From Armatimonadota bacterium (GTDB taxonomy: Bacteria > Armatimonadota > UBA5829 > DSUL01), in the NCBI GenBank assembly GCA_039811685.1, contig JBDHZC010000009.1, positions 32,001 through 96,000 on the forward strand: a stretch of DNA of 64,000 nt. Reading direction: 5' to 3'. The notes beneath the pieces are model-generated. The model was given only the letters and a program-made list of their open reading frames with translations. It was not told the DNA's origin and did not search any database. Both the position numbers and the translations under genes were made by a program. Positions 59,888 to 64,000 of this stretch are shown here, one piece after another; the stretch's first letter is position 1, and each line of letters opens with the position of its first letter.

Positions 59888-61235
59888 CCGGGCGGGAAGT
59901 CAACCTCGGCTCCGGCTGGCCCTGGCTAAAGCGCTATGGAACTGGCAGGCGCATCCGACGCAGAGAGAGTGGCTGTTGTGTGACGCTTCTGTAAAAACTG
60001 CGGCTTGCGGGCGGCGGTGGGGAAAGACGGAAGCGCAGGCCGTGGACGCAGCGAGCTTCGCGTTGGTGCACGATGGCTCTGAACAGATAGTGGTTGCGCC
60101 GACCTACGACCAGGCGTCACTCATTGCGCGCGGGGTCGAGCGCCTGTTGCTCGGCTCACCGGCAACGCGCACGCTAACGCAGGTGCGCCGGACTCCCTAT
60201 CCGTTGATTACTGTTGGTCGGAGCCGGATTTCCGCCCGAACGGCGGATGAAGACGGGCGCGCTCTGCGGGGACACCGCGCGGATCGCGTGATTGTGGACG
60301 AGGCGGCTTTTGTGCGTGACAGCGTTATCTCGGAGGTCATCCAACCTATGCTGGCGGACTCCGACGGGCAGCTTATCCTGATCAGCACTCCTTACGGGCG
60401 CAACCTGTTCTGGAAGCTGTGGAGCCAGGGCGCCTCCGGGAACCCGAAAGCCGCCTTCCGCTTTCCGTCCAGCGCAAATCCGCACATCAGCGCCCGCTAT
60501 GTGGAAGAGCAGCGGGAGCGCCTGCCCGAGCGGGCCTTCCGGGCGGAGTATCTGGCTGAGTTTGTGGACGATCAGGCGCAGGTGTTCGCGTGGACGGATA
60601 TTCAGCAGTGCTTTGAGCTTGGGCGCACGCCTCACCAACCCTCTAGCTCTGTGCGGGAGCGGCGCATTGTGGCGGGGATTGACTGGGCCCGCTACTCGGA
60701 TTGGACGGTGTGTGCGGCGGTGGAGTGCGCCTGCGATCCATGGCGCGTTGTGGCTCTGGACAGGTTTCAGGGGCTGAGCTGGCAGGCGGCGGTGGAGCGC
60801 GTGGCAGGTTTTCTGAAAGACACTGAAGCGTGCGCTGCGCTCTCAGACGCAACCGCAACAGGAGGAGATGCGCTCCTGGAGCAGCTTTGCGTGGCTGTAG
60901 CGGGAGCGGGTTGCGAGGTAGATGGTTATGTCTTCACGTCAACGTCCAAGCAGCATCTGGTGGAGAATCTGAGCGTGGTTATGGCGCGTGGCGGCCTTGC
61001 GCTGCCGCCGGAAGAGCTTTCGCATTCTGGGGCGCTGATTCACGAGTTGAAGAGCTATCAGTATGTCCAGCGCCCTGGCGGCGCTGTCAGCTTTGGCGCA
61101 GCGCCGGGGGAGCATGATGACTGCGTCACAGCGCTGGCTCTGGCCGTGTGGCAGGCGAAGAACGCGCCGCAGTGGCGGATTATGACATCGGGTGCGCTGC
61201 TCGGCGATCGGCGGCGCGGGCGCGCGTTGTGGTGA
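59874..61235 (+). CDS. terL: Terminase large subunit
   Basis: Walker A CGRRWGKT, VAPT, Walker B VIVDEAAF, ISTP; nuclease GIDWARYSD.T and HDDCVTALALA. Confidence 0.93.
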   Translation: MSTVSRAGSQPRLRLALAKALWNWQAHPTQREWLLCDASVKTAACGRRWGKTEAQAVDAASFALVHDGSEQIVVAPTYDQASLIARGVERLLLGSPATRTLTQVRRTPYPLITVGRSRISARTADEDGRALRGHRADRVIVDEAAFVRDSVISEVIQPMLADSDGQLILISTPYGRNLFWKLWSQGASGNPKAAFRFPSSANPHISARYVEEQRERLPERAFRAEYLAEFVDDQAQVFAWTDIQQCFELGRTPHQPSSSVRERRIVAGIDWARYSDWTVCAAVECACDPWRVVALDRFQGLSWQAAVERVAGFLKDTEACAALSDATATGGDALLEQLCVAVAGAGCEVDGYVFTSTSKQHLVENLSVVMARGGLALPPEELSHSGALIHELKSYQYVQRPGGAVSFGAAPGEHDDCVTALALAVWQAKNAPQWRIMTSGALLGDRRRGRALW

Positions 61236-61286
61236 TAAGTGAGCAGTCTCTCTGGTTAGGGCAGGGACACTGAGAAGGAGGGTTTT

Positions 61287-62384
61287 GTGGCAATAGCTGG
61301 TCTCTTGAAGCGTCTGAGGCGTGAGGGGAAGGGGTCTGAAGCGCCGGTGGAGCTGGCGGCAGCCAGGCGACGGTACTTATCCGGACCGGGCGCCTTGCTG
61401 CCGTACAATCCGGACGACCTTGCCCGGCGCGAGGGGCTGGAAGTGTACGACCGGATGCAGACGGATGCCCAGATTGCGGCGGCGCTGGTGACGAAGAAGT
61501 TTGCGGCACTGTCCGGGGGCTGGCGGGTTACGCCCGCTTCAGAGCGGCGCGAGGACGTGCAGGCGGCGCAGTTTTGTCACCGGGCACTGGAGGAGATGAA
61601 AGGGACGGTGGAAGACGCGCTCTACGGAGTGCTGGACGCTCTGGCAAAGGGCTACTCGGTGGCTGAGATGAACTTTGCGCGCGTTGGAGACCGCGTCGGT
61701 CTGGCGTCTATCAAACAGAAGGATCCGGCGCTGTTTGAGTTTGAGACAGACGAGTATCTGAACATCACAGCGCTTGTCAGGATAGGAACAGACGGAGATG
61801 AGCCCCGGAAGCTGCCTGTGGAGAAGTTCATCATCTACACCTACATGCCCACCTATGCGGACCCGCGGGGACGCTCGGATCTGCGCTCATGCTACCGCCA
61901 CTGGTGGACCAAAGATGTCATTCTGCGCTTTTTCGCGTCGTATCTGGAGCGCTTTGGCTCACCCGTGGTCAAGGGGACGTACCGCCGCGGGGCGACGCGC
62001 GCCCAGCAGGAGGATCTCCTGCGGATTCTGGACCGCATCCAGCAGGAGACCGCCATCGTCATTCCGGAGGACGTGACGGTGGATCTCCTTCAGGCGGGGC
62101 TGCAGGGCGAGAAGGGATTTCTGGAGGCCATCGCCTATCACGACCGGCAGATGGCCAAAGCCATCCTCGGAGAAACGCTGACACAGGAAGAGGGGCTGCG
62201 CACGGGCGCTCTGGCTCTGGCGAAGGTGCATCAGGATACGCTGAAGCTGCGTCTGCAGAAGATCAAGCGCGATCTGGAGGAGACTGTGGCGCGTGAGCAG
62301 ATTCTGCGTCCGCTGACACGGCTGAACTTTGCCGGAGCGGCTGTACCGCGGTTTGAGCTGGGCGCATTCGACGCCAGCGTGTGA
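61287..62384 (+). CDS. Phage portal protein (DUF935/Mu gp29-like), short
   Basis: Y..M..DAQI, LDAL.KGYSV.E, W..K, ERFG.P, I.YHDRQMAKAILGETLT, ALAKVH. Confidence 0.88.
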   Translation: MAIAGLLKRLRREGKGSEAPVELAAARRRYLSGPGALLPYNPDDLARREGLEVYDRMQTDAQIAAALVTKKFAALSGGWRVTPASERREDVQAAQFCHRALEEMKGTVEDALYGVLDALAKGYSVAEMNFARVGDRVGLASIKQKDPALFEFETDEYLNITALVRIGTDGDEPRKLPVEKFIIYTYMPTYADPRGRSDLRSCYRHWWTKDVILRFFASYLERFGSPVVKGTYRRGATRAQQEDLLRILDRIQQETAIVIPEDVTVDLLQAGLQGEKGFLEAIAYHDRQMAKAILGETLTQEEGLRTGALALAKVHQDTLKLRLQKIKRDLEETVAREQILRPLTRLNFAGAAVPRFELGAFDASV

Positions 62385-62463
62385 AGCGCATGTGTTGGGT
62401 TTGGGCGGCGGACCCTGAGAGCCCGCTGACAGCAGGTAGGTTTGCCTGTTCTGCCTAAATTGA

Positions 62464-62512
62464 TTGACATAAACTACCGAAGAGGGTATAAGATAATTAA
62501 CCTGGAAGTTAA
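62464..62512 (+). promoter_or_regulatory. TA promoter with palindromic operator
   Basis: TTGACA-N17-TATAAG, then TTAAC-N6-GTTAA (62497-62512). Confidence 0.6.
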
Positions 62513-62514
62513 CA

Positions 62515-62898
62515 ATGCCAGTCTCGCTCTGTAAGCTGCCGCTCGCAGAGAGGGTCCCTGCTGTTCAGTATGAGTTCTACCTGTGGACGGATGGTGAGCG
62601 CTCGCCCGTTGCCGAGTTTCTGAGTAGCCTCCAGCCCGCAGACCTGGACAAGGTCAAGGCGTTGCTGGTCCGGGTGGCGCGCTGCGGGATTCCGAGGAAT
62701 GGCGAGAGATACAAGCGTCTGGCGGGGAACTACGAAAATCTCCATGAGTTCAAGTTGCACCAGGTGAGGCTCTATTTCTTTATGGAGGGCAAGAAGATTG
62801 TCTTCACGGAGGCAGAGATCAAGAAGAGGGACCGGTCCAACCCCCAGGCGCTTGCCCGAGCTGATGCGCGACGACGGAGATATTCCAGTGAGAAGTAA
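62515..62898 (+). CDS. RelE/HigB (Gp49-like) toxin
   Basis: SPVAEFL..L, YKRL.G..NLHEFK..QVRLYFF..G..IV.T....KK. Confidence 0.85.
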   Translation: MPVSLCKLPLAERVPAVQYEFYLWTDGERSPVAEFLSSLQPADLDKVKALLVRVARCGIPRNGERYKRLAGNYENLHEFKLHQVRLYFFMEGKKIVFTEAEIKKRDRSNPQALARADARRRRYSSEK

Positions 62899-62911
62899 AA
62901 GGACAGGCGAA

Positions 62912-63340
62912 ATGGCTGTAGATGATTTGTTGAAGAAGATGGCCGGGGGCGCCGAAAGCCCTGTCTATCAGACGGAGAAGGTTATTCTGGATTTCACGGA
63001 GCGCATCTGTGAGATTATGGAAGACTCGGGAACAAGCCGTGCTGAGCTGGCTGAACGGCTCGGGCGCTCTCGTCCGTGGGTGACCAAGCTCCTGAGAGGT
63101 GATCAGAATATGACCATTGCAACGATGGTCGGGGTCATGCTGGCTCTTGGCTACGAACTGAGGCTTGAGGCGCTGCCACGTGACAGGGTCGCTGCGCAGT
63201 GGCAACTCATTGAAGAGAGCCATCCTCCGGTGATTAAACTCTTTCCCAGGGCTGCGCGAGATATCTCTTATGAGTTTGAGGAAGAGCTGGTTGCAGCGGA
63301 AGCAGGGAGCACAGCCGATGGACACACTGTCGCCGCTTGA
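62912..63340 (+). CDS. HigA-like XRE HTH antitoxin with C-terminal extension
   Basis: IMEDSGTSRAELAERLGRSRPWVTKLLRGDQNMTIATM..ALG; tail of about 50 aa ending HTVAA. Confidence 0.85.
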   Translation: MAVDDLLKKMAGGAESPVYQTEKVILDFTERICEIMEDSGTSRAELAERLGRSRPWVTKLLRGDQNMTIATMVGVMLALGYELRLEALPRDRVAAQWQLIEESHPPVIKLFPRAARDISYEFEEELVAAEAGSTADGHTVAA

Positions 63341-63776
63341 GGCGAACCGGATCTGGGTGGAGCGTCTGGATATTCGTTTTGCGCAGGAGCTTAGGGCGCA
63401 CGACTGCTCGGCCTACGATCTGAAGATTGAGCCAAAGGCATGGAAGGACGCCAGTGGTGTCTCATACAAAGTGCGCCTGGCTTTTGCGCTGCGGCCTCGA
63501 GAAGTGGACCAGTGCTGCTACTCAAAGCTGGATGTCGCGATCGTTGGGGTTTTTACACTTCCTAGTGATACGGATGAGGCGATTCGTAGAAACCTGATTC
63601 CACTCAACTGTTATGTGATTCTCTACGGTTTTGCGCGCGGTCTTGTTGCACAGGTTACCGGTCTGAACCCGGGTGGGCCGTTTCTCTTGCCAGCGGTCAA
63701 TTTTATGGAAGTCCTGCGCGCACAGCGGGCTCCGCGTCGCAAGGCCCTGAGGAGTGAGGTGGCGCAGGCTCAATAG
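63318..63776 (+). CDS. SecB-like chaperone
   Basis: SPL, L.V.I.GVF, N...ILYGFARGLVAQVT...PGGPFLLPAVNF. Confidence 0.82.
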   Translation: MDTLSPLEANRIWVERLDIRFAQELRAHDCSAYDLKIEPKAWKDASGVSYKVRLAFALRPREVDQCCYSKLDVAIVGVFTLPSDTDEAIRRNLIPLNCYVILYGFARGLVAQVTGLNPGGPFLLPAVNFMEVLRAQRAPRRKALRSEVAQAQ

Positions 63777-63810
63777 ATAGGCGCGTTTTTCTGATAACGG
63801 CGGTTTTTTG

Positions 63811-63844
63811 AAGGCTCTTCGGACTTGTTCCGGAGGGCCTTTTT
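63811..63844 (+). terminator. Intrinsic terminator after the TAC module
   Basis: AAGGCTCTTCGGA-CTTGT-TCCGGAGGGCCTTTTT. Confidence 0.7.
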
Positions 63845-63888
63845 CATTGCCTGGCTTCGGTGTGAACCAGGAGAAAGGAAGGGTAGGC

Positions 63889-64000
63889 ATGGGGCTTCGT
63901 TGGCTGACACCTTTGTGGGCGGTGGTGCGCTCGGCGGTGCGGCGCAGGCTGCATGAGCTTGTAGATTCTGTGGATGAAGAAGATGTGGAGCGCTTTCGCG
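63889..64000 (+). CDS. Partial ORF, possibly the next head-module gene
   Basis: AAGGAAGG RBS; MGLRWLTPLWAVVRSAVRRRLHELVDSVDEEDVERFR, open to the window end. Confidence 0.5.
   Translation, partial: MGLRWLTPLWAVVRSAVRRRLHELVDSVDEEDVERFR

Noticed and set aside
62798..62911. Track's longer antitoxin start (62798), and the SecB start at 63270
   Set aside because: Both overlap the upstream genes extensively; ATG 62912 and ATG 63318 have RBS-like sequences and fit the families.

Overview
GC-rich bacterial chromosome segment. PEP-CTERM, two prepilin/H-X9-DG proteins, futalosine-pathway genes and an LPS-type GT9 suggest Armatimonadota or a similar diderm; this is inference. Most of the window is ordinary metabolic and housekeeping genes: GH2, ubiX-ubiA-mqnA, nfuA-like, rpoZ-dnaK-dnaJ, moeB, apbE, tRNA-Met, ispDF, hpf, PPi-PFK, ROK kinase. 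Three regions stand out. (1) 59.0-64.0 kb: a phage packaging operon (sigma-r4 HTH regulator, small terminase-like protein, large terminase, DUF935 portal) starts right after host genes. No integrase, repressor or replication genes lie upstream, and a GAAC-N4-GTTC LexA box sits at its promoter. It is a candidate SOS-inducible GTA/PBSX-like domesticated element, and it carries a HigBA-SecB toxin-antitoxin-chaperone module. (2) 10.4-16.1 kb: a composite transposon of two IS256-family copies bounded by one 8-bp target duplication (GTGTGGCG). It sits between a sigma-54-driven 59-aa zinc-ribbon gene missed by the ORF track and a DUF3800 gene with a 3' structured RNA-like element. (3) 1-2285: a secreted clan GH-A hydrolase, also missed by the track, whose barrel is interrupted by a baseplate-like segment and a ConA-like domain. 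All calls come from reading motifs by eye; no database searches were run.
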